Source: a phage. From it: 64,000 bases of DNA. Where the stretch lies: the sequence record PZ445488.1. One strand, given 5' to 3'. The notes below the pieces were generated by a model that made no database searches, had not been told where the DNA came from, and worked only from the letters and a program-made list of their open reading frames with translations. Made by a program: the position numbers and the translations under genes. Below, piece by piece: positions 11,587 to 21,332 of the stretch (position 1 is the first letter of the stretch; each line of letters starts with the position of its first letter).

Positions 11587-12585
11587 TTATGATACTAATT
11601 CAATCCATGCAGGACGCAGAACATCTTGCACCATTCGGACTAATTCTTTCTTAACAAGATTTGGATTATCAGATGATGTTAATACAATACCTTCACGAGA
11701 AGTTTCTTCCAGAATATCTTGGACAGTCAATCCCATCACTTTGCCAAAATCTTTTGGCGTTACAGTCCCAATCTTAGAAATCACATTGTTAACACGATTT
11801 AGTGTAACATAACAAGCTAGAACATCAAGCAAGTTTTTGTCAATTTCGGTTAATGGAACCTGAGTTTTAATAGGCTTATCAGACTTTTTCTTTTCACTGA
11901 ATTTAGAGTTCTTGCACTTAATAGCTACACGAGTACCGTTTGGCAGCCATTTAGGGAAACAAGGCTTCAGAACATAACCTTCTGCCGTATTATCACCAAT
12001 AACATTAGCATCAAATACACAATTATTTGCTTCGACAAGGTCTTCTGACGCAGTAGCATTATAAGCGGCTAAAACGGAATCAAGGTCATTTGGAATCATG
12101 ATAAGAGAATCAAATGTTCCACGGCCAAGCATTGGTGCCATTTTAAAACCGAATTCATTACAGAAATCTTGCATTTCGTAATCGGTCAAATACGTATTAT
12201 CACCACTTTCTGTATTGATAATGATATCGAACACATAAAAATCTTTTTCACCGTAGTCAACACCTTTCTGAATTCCACCACCAGCGAATTCACCGAATAC
12301 TTGATATGATACGGCTCGAGCTGTGTACATGAATTCCTGAACGGCTTTAATAGCTTTATCATACTTCTTGAGTACGATTTCATAACCATAAAAATCTTCT
12401 GCTGGAAGAATAGGGCCTGTGCGCTTGGCGCATGTGACGTTGTCACGTTCAATAATTAAACTAAAGTTGGTCCCATGGATTTTCTCACGTGCTACCCAAA
12501 CACCAGTAGTCAAACCATTAGTGTAGAGTTTTTCAATAAACTTAGAGTTGTAGTGGTTTTCAAGACTGCTGTATTTCTTAAACAT
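11587..12585 (-). CDS. rnlB: RNA ligase 2 (RnlB)
   Basis: 332-aa ORF; matches T4 Rnl2 (334 aa) as recalled, including the KIHGTN ligase motif I. Confidence 0.92.
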   Translation of the reverse strand: MFKKYSSLENHYNSKFIEKLYTNGLTTGVWVAREKIHGTNFSLIIERDNVTCAKRTGPILPAEDFYGYEIVLKKYDKAIKAVQEFMYTARAVSYQVFGEFAGGGIQKGVDYGEKDFYVFDIIINTESGDNTYLTDYEMQDFCNEFGFKMAPMLGRGTFDSLIMIPNDLDSVLAAYNATASEDLVEANNCVFDANVIGDNTAEGYVLKPCFPKWLPNGTRVAIKCKNSKFSEKKKSDKPIKTQVPLTEIDKNLLDVLACYVTLNRVNNVISKIGTVTPKDFGKVMGLTVQDILEETSREGIVLTSSDNPNLVKKELVRMVQDVLRPAWIELVS

Positions 12586-12679
12586 AAATCACCATTATAA
12601 ATAATAATAATATCAAAATAATTAGCAGAGACTCTATCTCCGACCCGATGTTTAATTTGAATGGATAGAACCTAGATTC

Positions 12680-12705
12680 ATTATACCATCAAAAAATGTA
12701 AAGCA
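12680..12705 (-). promoter_or_regulatory. T4 middle-type promoter (MotA box TGCTTTA + TATAAT) upstream of rnlB
   Basis: minus strand reads aTGCTTTA - 13 nt - TATAAT in the gap between the 24.2-like ORF and rnlB. Confidence 0.5.
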
Positions 12706-12707
12706 TA

Positions 12708-12959
12708 TTAGAACTTGATTTCTATCCAATGCCCGTCACGTTGGTCATGATTAATTTTATACTGAAAGCCGTTATCACGGAGCCATTGACCGACTTGCTC
12801 GGTGATAGTTAAATCATTCTTTGACGGGTAGTATGTAAATTGTGTCTGGCCTTTGTCAGCGGCTTTCTCTGCCATCACAGAGAAGTTAGTAATAAAATCA
12901 CTCAACAAATTAGCTTTAGTGGCCAGAGCCCTTTCTCTTAATTCCTGTGCAAAACTCAT
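12708..12959 (-). CDS. hypothetical protein (T4 24.2 position)
   Basis: 83-aa ORF downstream of rnlB in the minus-strand early unit; compact gene packing. Confidence 0.5.
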   Translation of the reverse strand: MSFAQELRERALATKANLLSDFITNFSVMAEKAADKGQTQFTYYPSKNDLTITEQVGQWLRDNGFQYKINHDQRDGHWIEIKF

Positions 12960-13162
12960 TTCTTCACCTTTTTGTTAATCAAACGTTTACGGTATACAAC
13001 TTTTTCTTTTGCTTTAAACTTTGACCGAGCTGTCTCGGCTTTAGTCCATAGTAATCCAACTTCTTTAGGTTGTAAACCAATTTTTTGAGCAATTTCTACG
13101 AATGAAAATCCCGCCTCGTGTAATGTATAAACTTCAACTTCAGCTCTCATAATCAATCCCAT
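12956..13162 (-). CDS. hypothetical protein (T4 24.3 position)
   Basis: 68-aa ORF with basic C-terminus; stop overlaps the start of the downstream ORF (ATGA). Confidence 0.5.
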   Translation of the reverse strand: MGLIMRAEVEVYTLHEAGFSFVEIAQKIGLQPKEVGLLWTKAETARSKFKAKEKVVYRKRLINKKVKK

Positions 13163-13230
13163 ATTATTTGGTTGGTGCCATTATATACATCAATCTCAAG
13201 TTGTGTTTTATATGCTTTAAAAACGAAGAA

Positions 13231-13246
13231 AGGGGCCGAAGCCCCT
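13231..13246 (-). terminator. hairpin GGGGC-CGAA-GCCCC downstream of hoc
   Basis: GC stem with tetraloop just after the hoc stop on the minus strand, followed by a T-rich tract. Confidence 0.5.
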
Positions 13247-13251
13247 TACGA

Positions 13252-14382
13252 TTACGGATATGTATAGATGATACCAGTTTCCAAAGCAGTTTTATGGATG
13301 ATGTATCCATTACGTGATTCTTGAACATCAACTTCTGGATAGTCTTTCATCATCTTCTGAAGAGTGTAACGATGCAGGTAGTATTTACTATCTGGATCTT
13401 CAGTTTTCCAATCTTTACCTTCTTCAGTCATTTTTTGTATTTCATCCATAACCCACCAACCGCACCAGATGTAAGCTGAAGTACGATGTGGAAGAGGATG
13501 AACATAAGGCAATTCACCTTCTGGTTCTGGAGCAACTTTATCAGTTACCTGAACTTGACCTTCTGCTGTAATAGTTTTGCTATCATAGTCATCTGCAGTA
13601 ATGACGGCAGTCACTTCAATAGTTTGACTTCCAACAGATGAAGTATCGACGGTATATACATTAGTTGACCCTTCTACAGGAGAAGAATCTTTCTTCCATG
13701 AATACGCAATTTGCGCTTCTTCTGGAGCATCCGTAACATTAGCAGTAAATGTAGCCGAAGCATCTTGCTGAACGTTAATAGAAGGAGGAGTCAAGGTAAC
13801 CTGTGGATTCATTGTCTTCTTATTAACCGTTAATGATACTTCATTCGAAGTAACTTCCTTTGCATCATAATCTGTCGCAGTTACTTGGGCTACACATTTA
13901 ATTCTTTTTACTCCACTTGTAGTTGGAGTATAGCTAAATGTAGAGTTAGTTTCTCCACCAACCTGTGAATCATCTACATACCACTGATACGTAGCAGACG
14001 CTCCAGCCGGTTGAGAAGCTAAGGCAGCAGTAAATTGAACTGAGGTTCCAATTACTCCAGCTGAAGGACTATTGGGAGTTACTGCCAACGTAGTTGACTG
14101 AGTTTTATTTTTAACCGTAATAGTCGTAGTAATTTCTGCTGTTTCAGCATCAGTATCAGGAATAGTATTTGTTGCAACAACTTTAATTGTTTTTGTTCCA
14201 GCGGGTCCTTTTAACACATAATCAAAAGTTTCTGCCAATCCTACTTGAGGAGCATCGTCTACACTCCATGCATAGGTAATAGTTCCACCTCCAGTTTCAC
14301 CACTGGGAGTAGCAGTAAACTGCTTAGTCTCATCTATAACTCCAGTAGGTGTTTTAGGAGTTATATCAACTGTAAAAGCCAT
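13252..14382 (-). CDS. hoc: highly immunogenic outer capsid protein (Hoc)
   Basis: 376-aa ORF with repeated Ig-like modules; matches T4 Hoc (376 aa) as recalled. Confidence 0.92.
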   Translation of the reverse strand: MAFTVDITPKTPTGVIDETKQFTATPSGETGGGTITYAWSVDDAPQVGLAETFDYVLKGPAGTKTIKVVATNTIPDTDAETAEITTTITVKNKTQSTTLAVTPNSPSAGVIGTSVQFTAALASQPAGASATYQWYVDDSQVGGETNSTFSYTPTTSGVKRIKCVAQVTATDYDAKEVTSNEVSLTVNKKTMNPQVTLTPPSINVQQDASATFTANVTDAPEEAQIAYSWKKDSSPVEGSTNVYTVDTSSVGSQTIEVTAVITADDYDSKTITAEGQVQVTDKVAPEPEGELPYVHPLPHRTSAYIWCGWWVMDEIQKMTEEGKDWKTEDPDSKYYLHRYTLQKMMKDYPEVDVQESRNGYIIHKTALETGIIYTYP

Positions 14383-14391
14383 AAGTTATCC

Positions 14392-15060
14392 TTATTTTAA
14401 TGTTACGAAAGAAGAATTACGAGTTTCACGAATTAGGACTGATCCATCGCGATTAATATAATAAATTAAGCTAAATAATGTTTGGTGAGCAGAAGCATGC
14501 ACAAAACTAGTTGGGCGAGATTTCCAATCTGGGGTTTCGGCTATCCATTGATAAATCCACCAAGGAACAGTAACATACCCTGGGCCTTTGCCTAATTTAA
14601 TGAGTGTAGGACTAAAATTTTCAGGCAGAACAAATTTTACTTCTTTATTTACTTCTGGCTCAGGCTCTTTTTCAGATTCAACAACCTGAGTAATTGCTTC
14701 TTCAAATTTATCATGGTCGAATTCTTTTTCTTGTTCGACAACTTCTAATACTTCAACTTGTTCTGTTGGAGAATCAAACAACAGAATAGCTTCTTCTTTA
14801 ACTTCTTCGTTGGTGAAATTAACACCGTCCACATCATCTGCGGCAGTAATTAAATCGGTGATAGATAATCCATCAGTTTCAGGTAATGGTTCATCAGCCA
14901 GTGCGTTAAGAGCTTCTTCGATATCAACAACAATATTATCGAATGATTTTGTTTTCTTAACACTAATGCCAAATTGTTCCGCATATTCAAACAGTTTAGC
15001 TTTGGCTTCCTTTTTATCGGAAAGAGCACGTAACTCTTCAATATAGTCTTTATCGATCAT
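14392..15060 (-). CDS. inh: inhibitor of prohead protease (Inh)
   Basis: 222-aa acidic ORF immediately upstream of hoc on the minus strand; T4 inh position and size (226 aa). Confidence 0.75.
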   Translation of the reverse strand: MIDKDYIEELRALSDKKEAKAKLFEYAEQFGISVKKTKSFDNIVVDIEEALNALADEPLPETDGLSITDLITAADDVDGVNFTNEEVKEEAILLFDSPTEQVEVLEVVEQEKEFDHDKFEEAITQVVESEKEPEPEVNKEVKFVLPENFSPTLIKLGKGPGYVTVPWWIYQWIAETPDWKSRPTSFVHASAHQTLFSLIYYINRDGSVLIRETRNSSFVTLK

Positions 15061-15074
15061 AGTATTTCCTCATT

Positions 15075-15082
15075 ATAAATAT
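15075..15082 (+). promoter_or_regulatory. T4-type late promoter TATAAATA upstream of uvsW
   Basis: exact TATAAATA about 30 nt upstream of the uvsW ATG. Confidence 0.55.
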
Positions 15083-15110
15083 AACTATATTTATTACATG
15101 GTAATTTGAC

Positions 15111-16625
15111 ATGACTGACATTAAAGTACATTTTTATGATTTTAGTCACGTTCGCATTGAATGCGACGAAAGTACGTTTTACGAACTTCGTGACTTTTTT
15201 AGCTTTGAAGCCGACGGGTATAAATTTAACCCAAAATATCGCTATGGGCAATGGGATGGTAGAATTCGACTTTTAGATTACAATCGTTTGTTACCATATG
15301 GACTTGTAGGTCAAATAAAAAAGTTCTGTAACAATATGAGTTATTCTGTATGGATTGACCCTAAAATCTTTGAGACTGAAGACCTTACCAGGGAAGATTT
15401 TGACGCATGGCTTTCTAAACAAGAAATTTATTCGGGCAACACCAAAATCGAACCACATTGGTATCAAAAAGATGCAGTATATGAAGGACTAGTTAATCGT
15501 CGTCGAATTTTAAACCTTCCGACATCAGCAGGTAAATCACTAATCCAAGCACTTTTAGCTCGATATTATCTAGAGAACTATGAAGGTAAAATTCTCATTA
15601 TCGTCCCTACAACAGCATTGACAACCCAAATGGCTAATGATTTTGTTGATTATCGCTTGTTTAGTCATTCGATGATTAAGAAAATTGGCGGTGGTGCTGA
15701 TAAAGCAGACAAATCTAAAAACGACGCTCCAATTATTGTTGGCACATGGCAAACGGTAGTTAAGCAGCCTAAAGAATGGTTCTCTCAGTTCGGTATGATG
15801 ATGAACGATGAATGCCACTTAGCAACAGGCAAAAGTATTTCTTCAATCATCTCAGGATTAAATAATTGCATGTTTAAATTCGGTTTATCTGGCTCATTAA
15901 GAGACGGAAAAGCCAATGTAATGCAGTACGTAGGTATGTTCGGCGAAATCTTCCGTCCTGTTAGCACGTCTAAATTAATGGAAGACGGACAGGTAACTGA
16001 GCTTAAGATTAATAGTATTTTCCTTCGTTATCCAGACGAATTCGCCACCAAATTAAAAGGTAAAACATACCAAGAAGAAGTTAAAATTATTACCGGACTA
16101 AAACGACGTACAAAGTGGATTGCTCAACTTTCGGTCAAATTGGCTAAGAAAGACGAGAACGCCTTTGTAATGTTTAAACACGTTACACACGGTAAAGAAA
16201 TATTTGAAGCTATTAAAGAGCTTGGATACGAAAAAGTTTATTACGTATCAGGTGAAGTTGATACTGAAACACGTAACGCGCTTAAAGTCATGGCAGAAAA
16301 TGGTAAAGGCATTATTATTGTCGCATCATATGGAGTATTCTCTACCGGTATTTCAGTCAAGAATCTTCATCATGTTATTTTTGCCCATGGTGTTAAATCA
16401 AAAATTATCGTACTTCAAACAGTAGGTCGTGTGCTTCGTAAGCATGGTTCTAAAGCTGTTGCTACAGTTTGGGATCTCATCGATGACGCAGGTGTAAAAC
16501 CTAAATCATTAAATACTAAAAAGAAGTATACTCATCTTAATTACTTGTTAAAACACGGTATTGATCGTATCCAACGTTACGCTGATGAGAAATTTAACTA
16601 TGTAATGAAAACAATTAATTTATAA
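15111..16625 (+). CDS. uvsW: UvsW DNA/RNA helicase
   Basis: 504-aa ORF; matches T4 UvsW as recalled; SF2 helicase motifs PTSAGKS (Walker A) and DECH. Confidence 0.93.
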   Translation: MTDIKVHFYDFSHVRIECDESTFYELRDFFSFEADGYKFNPKYRYGQWDGRIRLLDYNRLLPYGLVGQIKKFCNNMSYSVWIDPKIFETEDLTREDFDAWLSKQEIYSGNTKIEPHWYQKDAVYEGLVNRRRILNLPTSAGKSLIQALLARYYLENYEGKILIIVPTTALTTQMANDFVDYRLFSHSMIKKIGGGADKADKSKNDAPIIVGTWQTVVKQPKEWFSQFGMMMNDECHLATGKSISSIISGLNNCMFKFGLSGSLRDGKANVMQYVGMFGEIFRPVSTSKLMEDGQVTELKINSIFLRYPDEFATKLKGKTYQEEVKIITGLKRRTKWIAQLSVKLAKKDENAFVMFKHVTHGKEIFEAIKELGYEKVYYVSGEVDTETRNALKVMAENGKGIIIVASYGVFSTGISVKNLHHVIFAHGVKSKIIVLQTVGRVLRKHGSKAVATVWDLIDDAGVKPKSLNTKKKYTHLNYLLKHGIDRIQRYADEKFNYVMKTINL

Positions 16626-16650
16626 GGGCTTCGGCCCTTAGGAGATAAAA

Positions 16651-16881
16651 ATGGTACTTGAATTTAAACAATTTTTATACGAAGCATCTATTGACGAATT
16701 CATGGGTAAAATTGCTAGTTGTCATACCTTAGAAGGGCTTGAAGAATTGGAAGCTTATTATAAGAAACGTATAAAAGAAACGGAATTAAAAGATACAGAT
16801 GATATTTCTGTCAGGGATGCCTTAGCAGGTAAGCGTGCCGAACTTGAAGGCGACGATGAGGATGCGGAAGAAGACTTCTAA
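16651..16881 (+). CDS. uvsW.1: UvsW.1 protein
   Basis: 76-aa acidic ORF directly after uvsW; matches T4 UvsW.1 size (76 aa). Confidence 0.7.
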   Translation: MVLEFKQFLYEASIDEFMGKIASCHTLEGLEELEAYYKKRIKETELKDTDDISVRDALAGKRAELEGDDEDAEEDF

Positions 16882-16939
16882 TTAAAAAAAGGCCCGACCT
16901 TTTTGGAAGGGCCAAAAACCATAGGCAAAAAAGGTAACA

Positions 16940-17107
16940 CTATAGTAAAAGTTGGGTTTCGTTCAATTGCTCTTCTGAACTTTCTGAAACCGGCAATTGT
17001 TGGACATAATTATAACAAGGACCAGGATGTGCTGGACCTTTGTCTGTTTCAACAACCAATGCAGAATCGATTGGAGTTTTACAGACAACACAAATCTTAT
17101 CTGACAT
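16940..17107 (-). CDS. small Cys-containing protein (T4 uvsY.-2 position)
   Basis: 55-aa ORF found by manual translation (MSDKICVVCKTPIDSALVVETDKGPAHPGPCYNYVQQLPVSESSEEQLNETQLLL); below the 60-aa track cutoff; SD GGAGG 7 nt upstream; TATTTATA on the plus strand (minus-strand late promoter) about 30 nt upstream. Confidence 0.45.
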   Translation of the reverse strand: MSDKICVVCKTPIDSALVVETDKGPAHPGPCYNYVQQLPVSESSEEQLNETQLLL

Positions 17108-17139
17108 GATTGCCTCCTAAGTTGAAATTACATATCTAT

Positions 17140-17364
17140 TTATACCACTCGCATGCACATATCTATACCCATATCTTTTGTATAAAAATACTCGTCGATG
17201 TACCCAGCAAACTTCCCTTTAATATAAAGGACGTCTTCGCCACAAGGATGGTCTGCCAGGATACGAATATCCTGACGTCGTAGACGATACTTTTCCATTA
17301 AGAATTTAATTTCTGTTTCAAATTCTTCATCATTATTAAAGGCATCTTCAATTGAATAACGCAT
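17140..17364 (-). CDS. hypothetical protein (T4 uvsY.-1 position)
   Basis: 74-aa ORF immediately downstream of uvsY with stop/start overlap. Confidence 0.55.
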   Translation of the reverse strand: MRYSIEDAFNNDEEFETEIKFLMEKYRLRRQDIRILADHPCGEDVLYIKGKFAGYIDEYFYTKDMGIDMCMRVV

Positions 17365-17777
17365 TATTGCCCCGCTTCAAATTCTCGCATATCCTGGATA
17401 TGTTTAAGTGCAAAACTACGAGACTTAACTGCGTCAAGTGCACCACTACAGAACTCAAGTAAAATTCCCCAGTATTGTAAAGTAGTCTCTATTTTAAGCA
17501 CATCTTTATCTGCGGCCAGGACAGTTTTCATTTCAGATTTCTCATATCGGTCCATACTGAATTCATCACCATCACCTCGTCCCGAGTAGTAGTCTAATCT
17601 TGCTTTTAGAGCAGTTTTCTTCTGAGTCTCTATACGCAACATTTCTTTACGAATAAATGAGTGCTTACGTAGCCATTTGCTGTATAACTTAACATTATTC
17701 GCCGTCTCATATTGCAACTTTGTCGTATCAATAGCTAAGTCTGCGTCTAACTCTTCCTGTAAATCTTCCAGCTTCAT
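17364..17777 (-). CDS. uvsY: UvsY recombination mediator
   Basis: 137-aa product from the internal ATG of the 164-aa track ORF; matches T4 UvsY (137 aa) as recalled. Confidence 0.9.
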   Translation of the reverse strand: MKLEDLQEELDADLAIDTTKLQYETANNVKLYSKWLRKHSFIRKEMLRIETQKKTALKARLDYYSGRGDGDEFSMDRYEKSEMKTVLAADKDVLKIETTLQYWGILLEFCSGALDAVKSRSFALKHIQDMREFEAGQ

Positions 17778-17857
17778 AATGTTCTCTCTTTTAACTAATA
17801 ATCTCCCGGCTGTATCGGAAGGACCTAAAACCATTATACATAGGTTGCCTTGAAGCA

Positions 17858-18256
17858 TTACACTCTATTGCTTGATGCTAACTGAAGTTTGATTTGTTCG
17901 ATATCATCAGGGTTATCTACGACCGAAAATCTAATCTCTACTATAACTGTATAGTCATCATATACTGGCGTTACACTTACAGAAAGTTTGTCGATGCGCG
18001 GCTCATAGTTACGGACGGCTGCCTGGATATTACGCTCAATCGTATCAGCTGTAAGTGGTGTCATGTTCTCGAAAAGTTCATCAACCAAATCGCATCCAAA
18101 TTCAGGGTCGAAGGGGCGTGAGCCTTTTCTAGTTGTCACTATACCAAGAAGACTATTTTTAATAGAACGAAGTCCTACAGAACGAGCAACGTCCTTGTTC
18201 CAATCCATACGCATTTCTGGGTCGATATCTGAATAAAGTTTATTGATATTAGACAT
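17858..18256 (-). CDS. 25: baseplate wedge protein gp25
   Basis: 132-aa ORF; matches T4 gp25 (132 aa) as recalled. Confidence 0.93.
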   Translation of the reverse strand: MSNINKLYSDIDPEMRMDWNKDVARSVGLRSIKNSLLGIVTTRKGSRPFDPEFGCDLVDELFENMTPLTADTIERNIQAAVRNYEPRIDKLSVSVTPVYDDYTVIVEIRFSVVDNPDDIEQIKLQLASSNRV

Positions 18257-18882
18257 TATAGTAACTCAAAGAATTCTTTGAGGCCTCGTATTGTGTGAAC
18301 GTGTGACGCCCCACATTTGGGACATTTAATAGGCGTTGCCAGATAAATTGATGGCGATACCAAAAGATTTTTAATATTGATCATGTCATCTTCTGTTATA
18401 AGGCCGTAAAGGTCGTTTATTTCGGCTTCAGTTAAATCTTCAACAGGGATGGACTCTCCATTGACAAAAACGGCCTCAATACATGAAGCAATCATTAATG
18501 CGATATTTTTATCGTCAAATAATTTAGGTTGGCGGAACTTAATTTTAATACCACTAAACGAATACCAGGGATCGGCCTGTTCATCCAATTGAGTATGCAA
18601 TAAATTCATATAGACTTGAAATGAATGCCCACAGGAACAATTCCAGGTGTGTTCTTGATTCACTTCACCTAACGAATGTGCCCACAGATTTACCAACAAT
18701 AGCTCGGCTTCTTGTTTAGTCAAGTTTTTAGCGTTAGAGCAATTAGTGATAATATCGTTCACGGCTGATTCAATAGTACCTGTAGCCCGCGCACCTATGA
18801 GTCCTAAATATTCTTTTAAAGTAAAGGCTCTACAATTCACTTCTTTATCGCCTAAACGTACGGTAAACGTATATTTGTACAT
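18256..18882 (-). CDS. 26: baseplate hub protein gp26
   Basis: 208-aa ORF; T4 gp26 size (208 aa) and position, divergent from gene 51. Confidence 0.88.
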   Translation of the reverse strand: MYKYTFTVRLGDKEVNCRAFTLKEYLGLIGARATGTIESAVNDIITNCSNAKNLTKQEAELLLVNLWAHSLGEVNQEHTWNCSCGHSFQVYMNLLHTQLDEQADPWYSFSGIKIKFRQPKLFDDKNIALMIASCIEAVFVNGESIPVEDLTEAEINDLYGLITEDDMINIKNLLVSPSIYLATPIKCPKCGASHVHTIRGLKEFFELL

Positions 18883-18900
18883 GTTAACTCCTTTATTGTG

Positions 18901-18912
18901 TATTTATAAATA
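18901..18912. promoter_or_regulatory. palindromic divergent late promoters TATTTATAAATA (genes 26/25 leftward, gene 51 rightward)
   Basis: 12-nt palindrome holds TATAAATA on both strands in the 47-nt gap between divergent genes 26 and 51. Confidence 0.6.
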
Positions 18913-18929
18913 ATAGAAAAGGAGTAATT

Positions 18930-19682
18930 ATGGCTAATATAATTCGTTGTAAATTACCGGATGGTGTTCATCGTTTCAAGCCGTTCACCGTGGCGGATTA
19001 TAGAGACTTTTTACTAGTTAGAAATGATATCGAACATCGTTCGCCACAAGAACAAAAAGAAATAATTGCCGATCTGATTGATGATTATTTTGGCGAGTAC
19101 CCTAAAACATGGCAACCATTTATATTCCTGCAAGTTTTTGCAGGCTCTATAGGCAAAACAAAAGTTCCCGTTATTTTCACTTGCCCTAAATGCTCTAAAG
19201 AAAAAACTGCACCATTTGAGATATATCAAAAGGAACTAGTCGAACCTGAACTTGATGTTGCTGGTATAAAAATACGTTTTTCTTTCCCTGAAAAGTTTTA
19301 TGACAATAAAGCATTAATGATAAGTGAAAACATAAAAGAAATATACTATAACGATGAATGGTACCCATGGAATGATTTGACTGAAGAGAACCAAATCCAA
19401 GTAATAGAAGCAATAGACATTGACTCTCTCGAGAAGGTTATTGCTTCTATGAACCCTATTAATTTGACCCTTAGATTAGGTTGTTGTGAACGCCATGTTA
19501 AAACATATACTGATATCTTAGAGGTTTTTAAATTGTTAGTTAACCCTGATGAGATTTTTACATTCTATCAGATAAACCATTCACTAGTAAAGAGTCAATA
19601 CACATTGGATTCTATTATGCAAATGATTCCTGTTGAACGTGGTATTGCTTTAACATTAGTAGAAAAGGACCATAAAAAATGA
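18930..19682 (+). CDS. 51: baseplate hub assembly protein gp51
   Basis: 250-aa ORF; T4 gp51 size (249 aa) and position. Confidence 0.88.
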   Translation: MANIIRCKLPDGVHRFKPFTVADYRDFLLVRNDIEHRSPQEQKEIIADLIDDYFGEYPKTWQPFIFLQVFAGSIGKTKVPVIFTCPKCSKEKTAPFEIYQKELVEPELDVAGIKIRFSFPEKFYDNKALMISENIKEIYYNDEWYPWNDLTEENQIQVIEAIDIDSLEKVIASMNPINLTLRLGCCERHVKTYTDILEVFKLLVNPDEIFTFYQINHSLVKSQYTLDSIMQMIPVERGIALTLVEKDHKK

Positions 19683-20851
19683 CAGTATTCCAACGTCCAG
19701 GATATCCTAACTTAAGCGTTAAATTATATCAAGATTATTCGGCTTGGCAAGAAAATAGATACGTTGAACTCGCAGCAACAATAACAACTTTAACCATGCG
19801 AGATTCGCTATATGGAAGAAATGAAGGGATTCTTCAATTTTATGACACTAAAAACATCCACACTAAAATGGATGGTAGACAGATAGTCCAAATCTCTGTT
19901 TCAAATTCAAACACACCTCTCCAAGTTAGAACTCGAATTTACGGATGTAGACATTATTCTGTGTCTGTGGACTCAAAAGGTGACAATATTATTGCAATTG
20001 AGCTTGGAACAATACATTCTATAGAGAACCTTAAATTTGGGCGACCATTCTTCCCAGACGCAGGAGAATCTATACGTGAAATGTTAGGTGTCATATATAA
20101 AGACCGTACATTAATTACTCCGCCAATAAACACTATTAATGCTTATGTTCCTGATATTCCTTGGACAAGCACATTTGATGATTATTTGGCATATGTCAGA
20201 GAATTAGGACTTGCTACAGCGAGTGATAAGTTCGTATTCGTATGGCAAGATATTTTAGGCGTAAACATGATTGACTACGATACTCTTATTGGTCAGGAAG
20301 GCATTAAGATGATTGTAGGTGAGCCAAATACCGTAGGTCAGTATATTCAAGAGCTTGAGTATCCATTAGTATGGGATTTTACCTGGATGACTAAAGCCAA
20401 CCAATTTACAAGAGACCCTATTAAAAACGCCACAATATTCGCCCATTCATTTTTAGATACATCTATTCCGGTTATTGTTACTGGCGACGGCGATAATGCT
20501 ATTCTTGTGTCAAGATCCGGCGGATATTCCGAAATGACCTATCGTAATGGATTTGAAGAAGCAAGTCGTCTTCAGACAATGGCTCAATACGACGGTTATG
20601 CTAAATGCACTACTACAGGTAATTTTAACATAACGCCTGCTACTAAAATTATATTTGTTGACCAAAAGAACCAATTCAAATCCGAATTTTACGTAGATGA
20701 AGTTATTCATGAGTTATCAAATAACAACTCACAAACTCATCTGTACATGTTTACCAACTCAATGGTGTTAGAACCTGTTAACCCAGTTAAGGTTAAAAAT
20801 GAACTTAAATCTGATTCTACCTCTAAAGAAAATAATTCTACCACAGTCTAA
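19679..20851 (+). CDS. 27: baseplate hub protein gp27
   Basis: 390-aa ORF; T4 gp27 size (391 aa); ATGA overlap with gene 51. Confidence 0.92.
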   Translation: MTVFQRPGYPNLSVKLYQDYSAWQENRYVELAATITTLTMRDSLYGRNEGILQFYDTKNIHTKMDGRQIVQISVSNSNTPLQVRTRIYGCRHYSVSVDSKGDNIIAIELGTIHSIENLKFGRPFFPDAGESIREMLGVIYKDRTLITPPINTINAYVPDIPWTSTFDDYLAYVRELGLATASDKFVFVWQDILGVNMIDYDTLIGQEGIKMIVGEPNTVGQYIQELEYPLVWDFTWMTKANQFTRDPIKNATIFAHSFLDTSIPVIVTGDGDNAILVSRSGGYSEMTYRNGFEEASRLQTMAQYDGYAKCTTTGNFNITPATKIIFVDQKNQFKSEFYVDEVIHELSNNNSQTHLYMFTNSMVLEPVNPVKVKNELKSDSTSKENNSTTV

Positions 20852-21332
20852 TAAAAAGGTAATGATTCCCAAATTAGGGCTCAAACATTATAATCTTTTA
20901 AAGGACGTTAAAGGTCCTGATGAAAACATGAAAATCTTAGCTGATTCTATTTGTAAAAATATGAGTCCCGCAGATTTTGATTTTGCATGTCTACATATAT
21001 TGGAATTTAATAACAAACTTAAGTCCGAAGTTGAAAAAGACGGATTCACATATAAACTAGATGACGTCTATGTATGCCAACGAACAGAATTCCAATTCCA
21101 AGGCAATACTTTTTATTTTAGACCTCCAGGCAAATTTGAACAATTCGTTACAATCAGTGAAATGTTATCAAATTGCTTAATAAAAGTTAATGACGAAGAG
21201 AAAGAAATTTCTTTCCTTGAGATGCCTGCTTTTGTAATCAAATGGGCAGAAGACCTTTCGACAACTATTGCTATTCCAGGCCCTAATGGTCCTATTAAGG
21301 GTATAGCAGAAATTATTGGATTGCTTGAATGA
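20799..21332 (+). CDS. 28: baseplate hub distal subunit gp28
   Basis: 177-aa ORF; matches T4 gp28 (177 aa) as recalled; overlaps the gene 27 3' end by about 50 nt. Confidence 0.88.
   Translation: MNLNLILPLKKIILPQSNKKVMIPKLGLKHYNLLKDVKGPDENMKILADSICKNMSPADFDFACLHILEFNNKLKSEVEKDGFTYKLDDVYVCQRTEFQFQGNTFYFRPPGKFEQFVTISEMLSNCLIKVNDEEKEISFLEMPAFVIKWAEDLSTTIAIPGPNGPIKGIAEIIGLLE

Noticed and set aside
16903-17109. 68-aa plus-strand track ORF between uvsW.1 and uvsY
   Set aside because: Starts at a non-ATG codon with no RBS, lies in a convergent-terminator region, and is fully overlapped on the other strand by a better-supported 55-aa ORF with SD and promoter.
17364-17858. Long (164-aa) version of uvsY, and similar long versions of alc (39446..40009), gp38 (61110..61895), t (61929..62600), the alt-downstream ORF (25214..25579) and 63083..63469
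   Set aside because: The N-terminal extensions arise from out-of-frame or leader ATG/TTG codons inside the conserved early-promoter leader or the SD region. Internal ATGs with proper SD spacing give products matching T4 protein lengths.
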